NCBI GenBank assembly: GCA_000175855.1
Contig: ACYB01000031.1
Location: forward strand, 120,001 to 152,000
Reading direction: 5' to 3'
DNA from: Raphidiopsis brookii D9
GTDB taxonomy: Bacteria; Cyanobacteriota; Cyanobacteriia; Cyanobacteriales; Nostocaceae
Length of the DNA: 32,000 bases
Shown here: one piece after another, positions 1-9,740 of the stretch
How the letters are laid out: every line of letters starts with the position of its first letter
Position numbering within the stretch: position 1 is the stretch's first letter
Position numbers and translations under genes: made by a program
Notes under the pieces: model-generated
What the model saw: the letters and a program-made list of their open reading frames with translations, nothing else
Told to the model about the DNA's origin: nothing
The model's database searches: none

Positions 1-1
1 A

Positions 2-967
2 CCCACTCTCCCAGTAGCACCGGTAAGTGCCCCTGTGGTTCCAGTACCTGTAACAGTTTCCCAAAACGGGTCAAATCATCAACAGGGTAGGTTAGTGGTT
101 TCTCCTCGCGCTCGTAAGCTGGCTAAGGAACTCAAGGTTGATTTAAATAATCTCAAAGGTAGTGGTCCTTATGGTCGTATTATTGCGGGAGACATAGAAG
201 CTGCTGTGGGCAAAGTCCCTCAACCCACTAGTCCTGTTATTAGTACCATTCCCACTATTCCATCCACTCCACCAGCAACCCCCGTGGTTAATTCTGGACA
301 AGTAGTACCATTAACTACTTTACAGAATGCCGTGGTACGTAACATGATGTCCAGCCTATCTGTACCTACATTTCATGTTGGCTATACCATTACCACTGAT
401 GGTCTAGATAAACTGTATAAGCAAATCAAATCAAAAGGTGTAACCATGACAGCTCTTTTAGCTAAGGCTGTAGCAGTTACCTTACAAAAACATCCTTTAC
501 TTAATGCCAGTTATTCAGAACAAGGGATTGTCCATCATCCCCAGATTAATGTTTCTATAGCTGTGGCCATGGACGATGGTGGTTTAATTACCCCGGTTTT
601 ACAGAATGCAAACCAAATAGATATTTACTCCCTGTCGCGGAATTGGAAATCCTTAGTGGATAGAGCTAGGGCCAAACAACTGCAACCCGAGGAGTACAGC
701 ACGGGTACATTTACCATCTCGAATTTGGGTATGTTTGGTGTAGATACTTTTGATGCGATTTTGCCACCGGGACAAGGTGCCATTTTAGCAGTTGGAGCTG
801 GGCGTTCCCAAGTTGTAGCTACTGGAGAGGGTTCATTTGCTCTCAGACAGCAAATGAAGGTGAATATTACCTGTGACCACCGGATTATTTACGGTGCCCA
901 TGCAGCTGCTTTCCTCCAGGATTTGGCAAAACTGATTGAAACCGATCCCCAATCTCTCACAATTTAG
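2..967 (+). CDS. Dihydrolipoamide acyltransferase (E2) of a 2-oxo acid dehydrogenase complex, C-terminal part; 5' end outside the window
   Basis: Frame open from base 2. Peripheral subunit-binding domain 'VSPRARKLAKELKVDLNNLKGSGPYGRIIAGDI' and catalytic-domain end 'CDHRIIYGAHAAAFLQDL'. The ORF-track start at 35 is internal. Confidence 0.93.
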   Translation, partial: PTLPVAPVSAPVVPVPVTVSQNGSNHQQGRLVVSPRARKLAKELKVDLNNLKGSGPYGRIIAGDIEAAVGKVPQPTSPVISTIPTIPSTPPATPVVNSGQVVPLTTLQNAVVRNMMSSLSVPTFHVGYTITTDGLDKLYKQIKSKGVTMTALLAKAVAVTLQKHPLLNASYSEQGIVHHPQINVSIAVAMDDGGLITPVLQNANQIDIYSLSRNWKSLVDRARAKQLQPEEYSTGTFTISNLGMFGVDTFDAILPPGQGAILAVGAGRSQVVATGEGSFALRQQMKVNITCDHRIIYGAHAAAFLQDLAKLIETDPQSLTI

Positions 968-969
968 CT

Positions 970-992
970 CCCAATCGTCTAGAGACGTTGGG
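970..992 (+). terminator. Stem-loop just after the E2 stop codon, possible terminator
   Basis: CCCAA(T)CGTC-TAGA-GACGTTGGG, a 9-bp stem with one bulge, starting 3 nt after the stop. There is no strong T-run. Confidence 0.45.
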
Positions 993-1028
993 TATTCAAT
1001 TACAACGTCTCTATAATTAAAGTTGGAA

Positions 1029-1475
1029 CTAGTTCCTACCTAGCCATTTTTGACCGTTGAGACGATAAATCAGACGGGATACCAGCAAATCAAGGGTGAT
1101 CTTACGCTCGTCTATCAAGAAGGACTCCAGGGTGCTGGGTTTTTTCCCTTCATGACAGGAGAACCCCTTTTTACCTTGAATATCTTGGTCGGGAAAGTAA
1201 ACATTAAACTGTTTGGCCCCGTTTTGCCAAGAACCGGTGATTTGCCAACACTCCTGGGAAGAATTAAAACCGACAATGGCATATTTTTGCTTGACAAAGG
1301 TCAGTTTTACGTCAGAAATACCTTCCTGGGCGATCGCTTTTTGTAAAGCAGGTAAGTAGTGTTCCTGCATAAACTCCTGAAATGGCTTATCTTCCACTGC
1401 TGGGGGTTTTTCTTTTTTACCTACGGGTTTTTGGTTTGTTTCTTCCACCATCACACTATCCTCTGTTGTGTCCAT
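1029..1475 (-). CDS. DUF2996-type conserved cyanobacterial protein
   Basis: 148 aa with an acidic N-terminus; 'FQEFMQEHYLPALQKAI...GISDVKLTF...CWQITGSWQNGAKQFNVYF' resembles the DUF2996 family from memory. Confidence 0.75.
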   Translation of the reverse strand: MDTTEDSVMVEETNQKPVGKKEKPPAVEDKPFQEFMQEHYLPALQKAIAQEGISDVKLTFVKQKYAIVGFNSSQECWQITGSWQNGAKQFNVYFPDQDIQGKKGFSCHEGKKPSTLESFLIDERKITLDLLVSRLIYRLNGQKWLGRN

Positions 1476-1575
1476 ACTTATATTTATTATTGCATATCAA
1501 TCAGTTTGCCAGTCTCCAAAAAAAACCCACCCTAGGAAATGGGTGGCATTTTTCAGAACAGAGTTGTTAGGGAAA

Positions 1576-2700
1576 TCACTTTATCAAAGCCAGACACATA
1601 CTGGCTAAAAGCGCGCCTACTATATAAAATGCACCTACTACCTGCAATTCGGACCAACCAGATAATTCTAGATGATGATGTAAAGGAGCCATCTTGAATA
1701 GTCGCTTGCCCTTCCCATCTGATCCCTTAGTTACTTTGTAATAACTCACCTGTGCCATCACAGATAGGGTTTCTACAAAAAATATTCCACTTAAAATGAA
1801 CAGTCCCACCAAGTTATTAGTTAAAAGGGCCACCGCACCTAAAGCACCACCTAAAGCGAGGGAACCAGTGTCACCCATAAAAACCCGAGCGGGATTGCGA
1901 TTATGAGCTAAAAATCCCACACAACTACCACTCACCGCTGCACAGAAGATCATTAAACTGGGTGCGGTGGGAGCAATCAAAGCTCCTAAACCCAAAATGG
2001 CGATCGCCACTGTTCCCCCAGCTAACCCATCAACTCCATCAGTCAAATTAGTAGCATTGCTTTCCGCGACTAGCACAAAGGTAGCTAAGGGCCAAAACAT
2101 GAATCCTAAAGGTAAAGAAAAACCCACCCAGGGCAAAAAGATATTTGTTATACTAAAATCTCCCTTTAAAATCATCCACACGCAAAAACCGATGGCAAAA
2201 GCAATTTGTAAAATCAATTTTGTTCTGGGGGATATACCTTTGTTGGATTTCCTCAGCAAGATTTGCCAATCGTCTATCCAACCAATTATTCCATAAGCAA
2301 GTGTTAAAGCGGAAACGGCCAATACATCTTGAGCAAAATTGGAAAGCATACAAGCTACTACCAAGGCTACGGGTATGAAAAACACACCACCCATGGTGGG
2401 AGTACCCGCCTTTCTTAAATGGGCCTTGGGCCCATCCTCTCGAATAATCTGCCCAGTTTTCAACGCTTGCAAAATTGGTACAACCCATAAACCAGCTACT
2501 GCACTACCCAAAGCACACAGTAAAAATGGCATGGTTAAAGAGTTAGGTTGCCAGAAAACTCTATTTCCTAGACCATCTACAACTAGGGTGGCACAAGTCA
2601 TAGCTGCAGCTAACACCGATGCTAAGCCGATCCCGGAAATACTCAATCCTTGGTTGGGAGATAATTTTGCGTCCACAGAAATTTTTCCTTCACTCCACAA
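1576..2700 (-). CDS. mraY: Phospho-N-acetylmuramoyl-pentapeptide-transferase
   Basis: 'KAGTPTMGG', 'NATNLTDGVDGLAGG', 'FMGDTGSLALGG' and 'MAPLHHHLELSGW' are MraY hallmarks. Confidence 0.97.
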   Translation of the reverse strand: MWSEGKISVDAKLSPNQGLSISGIGLASVLAAAMTCATLVVDGLGNRVFWQPNSLTMPFLLCALGSAVAGLWVVPILQALKTGQIIREDGPKAHLRKAGTPTMGGVFFIPVALVVACMLSNFAQDVLAVSALTLAYGIIGWIDDWQILLRKSNKGISPRTKLILQIAFAIGFCVWMILKGDFSITNIFLPWVGFSLPLGFMFWPLATFVLVAESNATNLTDGVDGLAGGTVAIAILGLGALIAPTAPSLMIFCAAVSGSCVGFLAHNRNPARVFMGDTGSLALGGALGAVALLTNNLVGLFILSGIFFVETLSVMAQVSYYKVTKGSDGKGKRLFKMAPLHHHLELSGWSELQVVGAFYIVGALLASMCLALIK

Positions 2701-3313
2701 CGTAAAAAAAATTCAACCGTTTAACTTTGGTCAAGCTGATAAAACTATGGTTTACCACCCACCAGGAATAATAAAACTTATCTTAATCTAAGTTCATATT
2801 ACTATCATCCATAGTCAAAATGGTAAATTCCATTCTCCTCAATACAAAAAAGCCAATAATTTGATAATGCTTTATGTTAGTCCTCTTTTAAGAAAACTCA
2901 TAAATCACTTCGGTAAGGCTCCATTCCTACCTACACTGAAAACATCTGCCATAATCTCCTTATGAGAGCCTACACATAACAAAACTTTTATTGATAATTT
3001 GTATTTGATACTGTATTTGATACAGCGTGATTTTAGTTAGTCATTCAACCTTTTTTGGATTTGTCCGGTACATAGGAAAAAAATTTTTTTAGTAAGGATT
3101 TGTCTTGGTCAGTTTATATAATCATAGGCAAACTGTTGTGTTTCTAGTTGTAATCAGCTTTCCTAAGGTTTTGGGCTACACCATTTCCGGAATTATGGAC
3201 TAGGATACCTGCGAGTGACTGTATTACATTCTCGGCATTTTGTCAACTATGTTCGATGAAAGCCAACATCCGCTATGTTTAGATAGAATTTAACTTACAG
3301 TTTAAACCCCTGA

Positions 3314-4984
3314 TTGTCAGTTCTACCATCTATGATTCAATCTTTGCCAACGGAAGTAGTTTATTTAATCACAGCGGGAGAAGTAATTGATAGTCTAAGT
3401 GCGGTCGTTAGGGAGTTGGTGGAGAATTCCCTAGATGCAGGTGCAACACGCATAGTTATTTCCCTGTATCCAGAACAATGGCGAGTACGCGTAACAGATA
3501 ATGGTTTGGGAATGAATCTGGAGGATTTACAACAAGCTGCGATCGCCCACAGTACAAGCAAAATTCACCATGCTGCTGATTTATGGAAAATTAAAACTTT
3601 GGGGTTTCGTGGTCAAGCACTACATAGCTTAACCACCTTGGGGGAACTGGAAATTTTCAGTCGCTGTGCAGGAGACAACCAAGGATGGCGGGTGGTTTAC
3701 AATAAAAATGGCACTGTGACTAAAACAGAAGTAGCGGCGATCGCACCTGGTACTGTAGTAACGGTGGATAATTTATTTGGTAATTATGCTGAACGTCGAC
3801 AAGGATTACCACATAAAAATCAGCAGTTAAAAAAAGTCCAAGCCACAATCCAGCAAATTGCTTTGTGTCATCCCCAGGTAACCTATCAGGTATGGCAAGA
3901 CAAAACAGAATGGTTTACAATTTATCCAGCATCTGCTGTGGAAAGAATAATCCCGCAAATTCTCAACCAAATTAAGCCAGGAGATCTAAAAGAACTAAAG
4001 TTAACAATACCAGAATTAGACTCGACAATTAACTTAGTAGTGGGCTTACCCGATCGGTGTCATCGACACAAACCTGACTGGGTGAAAATAGCCATTAATG
4101 GTAGAATAGTCAAATCACCAGAGCTGGAAGAAGCAGTTTTCGGGGCATTTTATAAAACCCTACCACGCGATCGCTATCCAGTTTGTTTTGTACATTTGAC
4201 CATCCAACCGGATCAAATTAACTGGAATCGCAACCCTGCCAAAAACGAAATTTACCTGAATAAAATGACTTATTGGCAACAAAAAGTCACCGAGGGTATT
4301 GATCAAGCATTTAGCATTGCTAGTTCTACCATCAAAGAGTCAGTGCGGACAGGTAAGATAAGCAATTTATTCAAACTGGCTGAAACCAAGGGAGATTACA
4401 ATTTTTCCCATTCCGACCCGGGAGAGAACAAAGGATCAAATTTAATAGACTTAAAAGTAATTGGTCAAGCAAGTAACACCTATATTATTGCTGAATATTC
4501 AGAAGGTATGTGGTTAATAGAGCAACATATAGCCCATGAAAGGGTGATATACGAAAGACTCTGTGATCAGTGGCAAATTGTACCTGTAGAGTCTCCTATT
4601 GTACTTTATCAATTATCCACTGAACAGGTCAAACAACTAGAAAGAATTAATTTAGATATTGAATGTTTTGGAGAAAACCTGTGGGCGGTACGCAGTGTGC
4701 CAGAGATGTTAAAAAATAGAGAAGACTCTCCAGAAGCATTGTTAGAATTAAGCCTGGGGGGAAACCTAGAAGCTGCCAAAGTTGCAGTTGCTTGTCGTAC
4801 TGCAATTCGCAATGGCACACCTATGACCTTAGTAGAGATGGAAAAATTGATATATGATTGGCACCGCACTCGCAATCCCCGCACCTGTCCCCATGGTAGA
4901 CCCATTTGTTTAACATTAGAGGAGTCAGCTTTAGCCAGGTTTTTCCGTCGTCATTGGGTGGTGGGTAAGAGTCATGGGATTTAA
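3314..4984 (+). CDS. mutL: DNA mismatch repair protein MutL
   Basis: GHKL ATPase motifs 'ELVENSLDAGAT', 'DNGLGM', 'TLGFRGQALHSL'; C-terminal 'CRTAIRNGTPM...TRNPRTCPHGRPICL'. Confidence 0.96.
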   Translation: MSVLPSMIQSLPTEVVYLITAGEVIDSLSAVVRELVENSLDAGATRIVISLYPEQWRVRVTDNGLGMNLEDLQQAAIAHSTSKIHHAADLWKIKTLGFRGQALHSLTTLGELEIFSRCAGDNQGWRVVYNKNGTVTKTEVAAIAPGTVVTVDNLFGNYAERRQGLPHKNQQLKKVQATIQQIALCHPQVTYQVWQDKTEWFTIYPASAVERIIPQILNQIKPGDLKELKLTIPELDSTINLVVGLPDRCHRHKPDWVKIAINGRIVKSPELEEAVFGAFYKTLPRDRYPVCFVHLTIQPDQINWNRNPAKNEIYLNKMTYWQQKVTEGIDQAFSIASSTIKESVRTGKISNLFKLAETKGDYNFSHSDPGENKGSNLIDLKVIGQASNTYIIAEYSEGMWLIEQHIAHERVIYERLCDQWQIVPVESPIVLYQLSTEQVKQLERINLDIECFGENLWAVRSVPEMLKNREDSPEALLELSLGGNLEAAKVAVACRTAIRNGTPMTLVEMEKLIYDWHRTRNPRTCPHGRPICLTLEESALARFFRRHWVVGKSHGI

Positions 4985-5110
4985 AGAAACCAGTTGACAA
5001 GCTCAGATTTCCCCGATTCTCCAGGGAACAAGTGGAGTACAATAGTAATAAGCAAGTGTGAAGTTCGGCAATTTTCTTGTTTTGTTCCTTTATTGTGAAA
5101 ATTTCATCCC

Positions 5111-5548
5111 GTGGAACTATCCTGTAAATCTGAATACGCAATTCTGGCGTTATTAGAAATGGCCACCCATTACCAGAATGGTGAACCGATGCAAATTCGA
5201 CAAATCGCTAACCAACAAAACATACCAGACCGCTATTTAGAACAGTTACTGGCTACTTTAAGACGCGGGGGTATTATTAAAAGCCAACGAGGGTCTAAAG
5301 GTGGTTATCTCTTGGCGCGAGAACCACGAAAAATCACTGTTCTTGACATTTTGGAATGTTTAGAAGGTTTAGATATCAAGATAGCAGAAGATAATACCAA
5401 CCCGAAAACTGCTGATAGTGGGATTATTGATGAGATTTGGCAAGAAGCTCGTCAAGCTGCTAATTTAGTCCTGGAAAAATATTCCCTGGAGGATCTTTGT
5501 GAAAAAAGAACCCTCAGAAGACAGTTAGATATCATGTACTATATTTGA
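5111..5548 (+). CDS. Rrf2-family transcriptional regulator (CymR-like, no IscR-type Cys cluster)
   Basis: GTG start; 'MELSCKSEYAILALLEMA...IRQIANQQNIPDRYLEQLLATLRRGGIIKSQRGSKGGYLLAREPRKITVLDILECLEG'. Confidence 0.93.
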   Translation: MELSCKSEYAILALLEMATHYQNGEPMQIRQIANQQNIPDRYLEQLLATLRRGGIIKSQRGSKGGYLLAREPRKITVLDILECLEGLDIKIAEDNTNPKTADSGIIDEIWQEARQAANLVLEKYSLEDLCEKRTLRRQLDIMYYI

Positions 5549-5563
5549 TTTAAAGGAAGGAAA

Positions 5564-6511
5564 ATGATGCAGATTGCTAAAAACATTACGGAACTAATTG
5601 GTAGAACCCCCCTAGTGCAGTTAAACCGTATTCCCCAAGCAGAAGGTTGTTATGCACAAATTCTAGTTAAGTTGGAAAGTATGAACCCCTCAGCATCGGT
5701 CAAGGATCGTATTGGTGTTAGTATGATCAATGATGCGGAAAAAGAAGGTTTAATTACCCCTGGTAAAACAGTGTTGGTGGAGCCAACATCTGGTAATACG
5801 GGTATTGCCTTGGCTATGGCAGCTGCTGCAAGAGGATATAAGTTAATTTTAACAATGCCAGAAACCATGAGTGCGGAAAGGCGGGCAATGTTAAGAGCTT
5901 ATGGCGCTCAGTTAGAACTGACACCGGGTATTGAAGGAATGAGTGGCGCTATTCGTAAGGCCCAAGAAATTGTGGAAAAAACCGCACACTCATATATGTT
6001 GCAGCAATTCCGTAACCCATCTAATCCTAAAATACACTGGCAAACAACAGCTCAGGAGATCTGGCAAGATACTGATGGTCAGGTTGATATAGTTATCTCC
6101 GGTGTGGGAACCGGAGGTACCATTACTGGTGTCGCTGAGTTCATTAAGTCAAAAAAACCCAGCTTCCAGGCGATCGCTGTGGAACCAGCAAATAGCCCAG
6201 TGTTATCCGGTGGTAAACCTGGACCCCATAAAATTCAGGGAATTGGAGCTGGTTTTATTCCTCAAGTATTAAAGGTAGAATTAATTGATGAGGTGATTGC
6301 TGTAACTGATGAAGAGGCGATCGCCTTTAGTCGGAGGTTAGCTAGGGAGGAAGGTTTATTATCCGGAATTTCTAGTGGAGCTGCTTTATGTGCAGCGGTT
6401 CGTGTGGCCCAACGTTCGGAAAATCAGGGGCGTTTAATCGTCATGATTCAACCTAGTTTTGGGGAAAGATACCTAAGCACACCCCTATTCCAAGATCTGG
6501 AAATCAGTTAA
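5564..6511 (+). CDS. cysK: Cysteine synthase (O-acetylserine sulfhydrylase)
   Basis: '[14 protein letters not shown]' (PLP lysine), '[12 protein letters not shown]', '[10 protein letters not shown]', 'GISSGAAL'. Starts 15 nt after the Rrf2 stop. Confidence 0.96.
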   Translation: MMQIAKNITELIGRTPLVQLNRIPQAEGCYAQILVKLESMNPSASVKDRIGVSMINDAEKEGLITPGKTVLVEPTSGNTGIALAMAAAARGYKLILTMPETMSAERRAMLRAYGAQLELTPGIEGMSGAIRKAQEIVEKTAHSYMLQQFRNPSNPKIHWQTTAQEIWQDTDGQVDIVISGVGTGGTITGVAEFIKSKKPSFQAIAVEPANSPVLSGGKPGPHKIQGIGAGFIPQVLKVELIDEVIAVTDEEAIAFSRRLAREEGLLSGISSGAALCAAVRVAQRSENQGRLIVMIQPSFGERYLSTPLFQDLEIS

Positions 6512-6596
6512 CCTAATTGTTAGGGGAAGGGGACACAAAATCAGAAAACCATAGCAAATAACCCAAGGAATCAAATTACGACCAGATCGCTCAATC

Positions 6597-7281
6597 ATGC
6601 ATGATTCGAATCATTATCGAACACTACAAATAAACAATAATGCGACTGCTGCTGAAAATAAAAAAAGCATATCGCAGACTGGTCAAGATGTTCCACCCTG
6701 ATACTAATCAGGATACTGCTAACCACGAAGAGATTATTAAGATAAATGCAGCTTATGAAGTTTTAAGTGATGTTGAGCAGAGAGTAAAATATGATGAACA
6801 AATAGGGAATTGGGACACATCACACCCAGCTGTTGGAAACAGGGAAAATCCACGCCAAACTAAAAAACCGGGGGGGAAAGAAGCAGATGAAAAGGTAGAA
6901 GAGTGGTTAAAGTTAGTTTATCAACCAATAAATCGTTGGCTTTGTAGTATAGTGTCTTCCCTAGAGCAGCAACTAGAAGATTTAGCAGCAGATCCCTTTG
7001 ACGAACAATTGATAGATGAATTTCAAGAATATTTAGACACTTGTCGAGATAAGTTAAAAAAAGCCCAAACCGCCTTTCGTTCTTTACCTAATCCTCCCAG
7101 TTTGGCTACATCTGCTGCTCATCTTTATTATGCTCTAAATCAGGTTAGTGACGGACTAGAAGAATTGGCATATTTTCCCGCAAGCTATGATGATCGTTAT
7201 TTGCATACTGGTAAGGAGATGTTTAGAATTGCCAAACAACTACTTGACTTCTCCCCAGGTTCAAACACCAGGGAGAAGTGA
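6597..7281 (+). pseudogene. J-domain (DnaJ-like) protein; N-terminal J-domain residues are in frame with ATG 6597 and the rest (track ORF 6640-7281) is in the +1 frame
   Basis: Frame from 6597 reads MHDSNHYRTLQINNNATAAENKK and then shifts at the A7 run (6660-6666) to KKAYRRLVKMFHPDTNQDTANHEEIIKINAAYEVLSD (HPD motif). It could be a sequencing error, a true frameshift or slippage, so 'pseudogene' is provisional. Confidence 0.7.
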
Positions 7282-7297
7282 AAAATAGAAGCAAAAA

Positions 7298-7741
7298 TTA
7301 AGTTCGTACCGCTTCTGGCCAAAGTTCTCGCAAGCAAGGGGGTAGTATTCTTACCACATCTTCAATTTCCCCACGGGAGATCCTTTGGGCAATAATTTTG
7401 AAAACAGCACGCACCAAAACTTCTGGGTCAATGTCAGCATTAACATTATGGAAATAGTCACGAATATGCTGGAGAAAAGCATCCTTAGTTCTATCCTTGG
7501 GTAATTTTGCACCAGGTCGCCAATTTTCATAATAAAATCCACCTAAAAGAATAGGTAATTGGGCCCCCAAATGAGCAGCTTCTTCCACTGTCAGGCGATC
7601 GCGCAGAGTATGTAAAGTAGCTCGTAAACCTTGAAAAACTTGGTGTTTATTTTCCCAACCTAACTCTTTTGCTAAATCATTGATCCAAGGAATTGTTTTC
7701 TGTAAAGTTGCATCAAAGGTATCTAATCCAGTTATAGTCAT
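7298..7741 (-). CDS. DUF2267-family protein
   Basis: 'TLHTLRDRLTVEEAAHLGAQLPILLGGFYYENWRP...DPEVLVRAVFKIIAQRISRGEIEDVVRILPPCLRELWP'. Confidence 0.85.
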   Translation of the reverse strand: MTITGLDTFDATLQKTIPWINDLAKELGWENKHQVFQGLRATLHTLRDRLTVEEAAHLGAQLPILLGGFYYENWRPGAKLPKDRTKDAFLQHIRDYFHNVNADIDPEVLVRAVFKIIAQRISRGEIEDVVRILPPCLRELWPEAVRT

Positions 7742-7903
7742 GATAATTGCTCCGATTTAACAGATGTTTACCGTGAACCCATGACTTGAAATTCTAAAGG
7801 GGTTGATATTTTTTAACTTCTAGCCAAAGTCGTATATTCTTGCTTCGTATAATTGTATGAAAGTAAAGTCTTATTCACTTTTCACCAGAAAATTAATAAA
7901 TGG

Positions 7904-7946
7904 TATATTTGTATACTTTTTTATCGTAAAATCCCATACTAATATC
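7904..7946 (+). promoter_or_regulatory. NtcA-activated type promoter of urtA: GTA-N8-TAC (7904-7917), 23 nt spacer, TAATAT -10 (7941-7946)
   Basis: GTATATTTGTATAC is a perfect GTAN8TAC. A TAN3T -10 box lies 23 nt downstream, and urtA ATG is at 7985. Confidence 0.75.
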
Positions 7947-7984
7947 TGTTGTCTAAAGATTAAACCCAAAATTTATCAATAGTT

Positions 7985-8584
7985 ATGACTACACAATTTA
8001 ACCGGAGAAAATTCCTCATCTACGGTTCTGCTGCTCTTGGTAGCTCCGTATTGCTGAAAGCTTGTGCCAACAATACACAAACAAATACACCCGCTGATTC
8101 CTCCGCAGGTGGTAACACCATCAAGGTAGGGATTTTACACTCTTTAAGTGGCACAATGGCCATCAGTGAAAAAAGTGTGGTAGACGCGGAAAACCTAGCA
8201 ATTAAGGAAATTAACGCTCAGGGTGGAGTATTAGGTAAACAGATTGAAGCAATTACAGAGGATGGTGCTTCTAACTGGGATACTTTCAGAGAAAAAGCTA
8301 CCAAACTAATTGAACAAGATAAGGTAGCTGTAGTATTTGGTTGCTGGACCTCTGCTAGTCGTAAAAACGTCAAGCCAGTGTTTGAAGACAAAGATCACAT
8401 GCTATGGTACCCTGTGCAATATGAGGGTCAGGAATGTTCTAAAAACATTTTTTATACTGGAGCAGCTCCCAATCAACAGATTGAACCTTCTGTGGACTGG
8501 TTGCTGAAAAACAAGGGTAAGGAATTCTTTCTAGTTGGCTCAGATTACGTTTTTCCCCGCACTGCTAACACAATAATTAAGTAA
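7985..8584 (+). pseudogene. urtA: Urea ABC transporter substrate-binding protein UrtA, truncated N-terminal fragment (about 198 native residues)
   Basis: Tat/lipoprotein-like signal '[21 protein letters not shown]', then '[42 protein letters not shown]...[17 protein letters not shown]...[13 protein letters not shown]...[17 protein letters not shown]'. It stops exactly at the IS boundary, 3' part absent. Confidence 0.92.
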
Positions 8585-8619
8585 GTCGGCTGGGAAATTT
8601 ATAGCTATGTAACGAAAGG

Positions 8620-9189
8620 TTAAGAAAGGCAAGAGTTGTTAAATTTAATACGTTCTGTACTATGCTTATTTCTTTTTCCCCTAGCGTTTACTCCATCCAT
8701 TACGGCATAAGCAAGCTCTAACTCATCTTCAAACATTTTTCCCGATATCTCATCTTTTTTAAGGTGTTTCCACTCTAATTCAATTGGATTCATCTCAGAG
8801 CAATATTTGGGCAGAAAGAAAATGTATAAATTCTGACTCTCCCATTTTGACCATAACTTTCTCACTTCTTTGCATTGATGTATTGGACCATTATCCTGTA
8901 CTATTACTCTTATACGTCCCAGTTTTTCTGCTTCTTCGGCTTCATGCTCCATCATTTCAATATAAGATTTGCGATTCACCCCCCCAATTACTAAACCGTA
9001 AACAAAACTAATTAAGGGTTGAAGAAGACCAATAATACTTAGTCTTCGACCACGGCGTTTTGTTTGCTCTAAGTTTTTTTGCTCCCCTCTTTGGTAATAT
9101 GTATAACTCGGTTCACTCCACATACAAAAACCTGATTCATCTAAATATTTCAAGTCTATTTCTCCCCCAGCAGCGGATAATTCCAACAT
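8620..9189 (-). CDS. IS630-like transposase, DDE catalytic part (orfB)
   Basis: 'LKYLDESGFCMW' (D), 'IVQDNGPIH' (D), 'NPIELEWKHLK' (E). The frame is open upstream to the poly-A run near 9255. Confidence 0.92.
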   Translation of the reverse strand: MLELSAAGGEIDLKYLDESGFCMWSEPSYTYYQRGEQKNLEQTKRRGRRLSIIGLLQPLISFVYGLVIGGVNRKSYIEMMEHEAEEAEKLGRIRVIVQDNGPIHQCKEVRKLWSKWESQNLYIFFLPKYCSEMNPIELEWKHLKKDEISGKMFEDELELAYAVMDGVNARGKRNKHSTERIKFNNSCLS

Positions 9190-9191
9190 AT

Positions 9192-9671
9192 CTAGGTCTG
9201 CTTGCTTGATTTGTTACTTTCTGGGTCTGTTTTCCTTTGTGGCTTTTCTGGTTCTTTTCCAAATGATCCCCTTTTTTTTAGTACCCGTCTTAACCTATCG
9301 GGACTTAGTTTAACCGAGCGTTCCGTCTCTAACTTTTGAGCTAATTGAACACTGTTGTATGTACGTGGTTCTTTTTTCAGGCATTCCTCCAGAAATTCTA
9401 TGTCTGAATCCCTGTATTTCGGTTTTCCTCCTCGACCAGATTTTTCCCACAGTCCTTCTAGACCAAACTTTTCCCATTTATGTAAAACCTCTCTAACTGT
9501 TTGTGAAGTCCAGTTAAAATGAGCTGCTATTTTTTCCACGTACCATCCATGTGCATTTAACCTAATCACTTCTGCTCGGTCTTTGACTTTCTGTGGTACA
9601 TCCGCACTTCTTAGATTAAACAGCGTTTTATCTTCCTCACTTGTCAGAAATACCCTTAAACGAGCTCCCAT
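9192..9671 (-). CDS. IS630-like transposase, N-terminal HTH part (orfA)
   Basis: 'VIRLNAHGWYVEKIAAHFNWTSQTVREVLHKWEKFGLEGLWEKSGRGGKPK'. It ends after an A7G run where the downstream frame can be entered. Confidence 0.9.
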   Translation of the reverse strand: MGARLRVFLTSEEDKTLFNLRSADVPQKVKDRAEVIRLNAHGWYVEKIAAHFNWTSQTVREVLHKWEKFGLEGLWEKSGRGGKPKYRDSDIEFLEECLKKEPRTYNSVQLAQKLETERSVKLSPDRLRRVLKKRGSFGKEPEKPQRKTDPESNKSSKQT

Positions 9672-9740
9672 ATCTTATTACCTCGGTATATCCTATTTAT
9701 TTATCTTCACATAGTTTGGTTTTTTCAGTCCAACTTACTT

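Larger units (their letters stand above)
8580..9739 (-). mobile_element. Complete IS630-like insertion sequence, about 1160 bp, flanked by TA dinucleotides (8578-8579 and 9740-9741)
   Basis: Imperfect terminal inverted repeats: left AGTAAGTCGG-CTGGGAAA..., right (reverse complement) AGTAAGTTGGACTGAAAAA.... It encloses two overlapping-phase transposase ORFs. Confidence 0.88.

Noticed and set aside
1050-1346. Plus-strand ORFs antisense to the DUF2996 gene (1050-1346)
   Set aside because: Low-complexity shadow ORF opposite a well-supported coding frame, with no recognisable motif.
1967-2791. ORFs 1967-2296, 2153-2488 and 2339-2791 overlapping mraY
   Set aside because: Mirror-frame or alternative-frame ORFs inside mraY, with biased composition and no domain signal.
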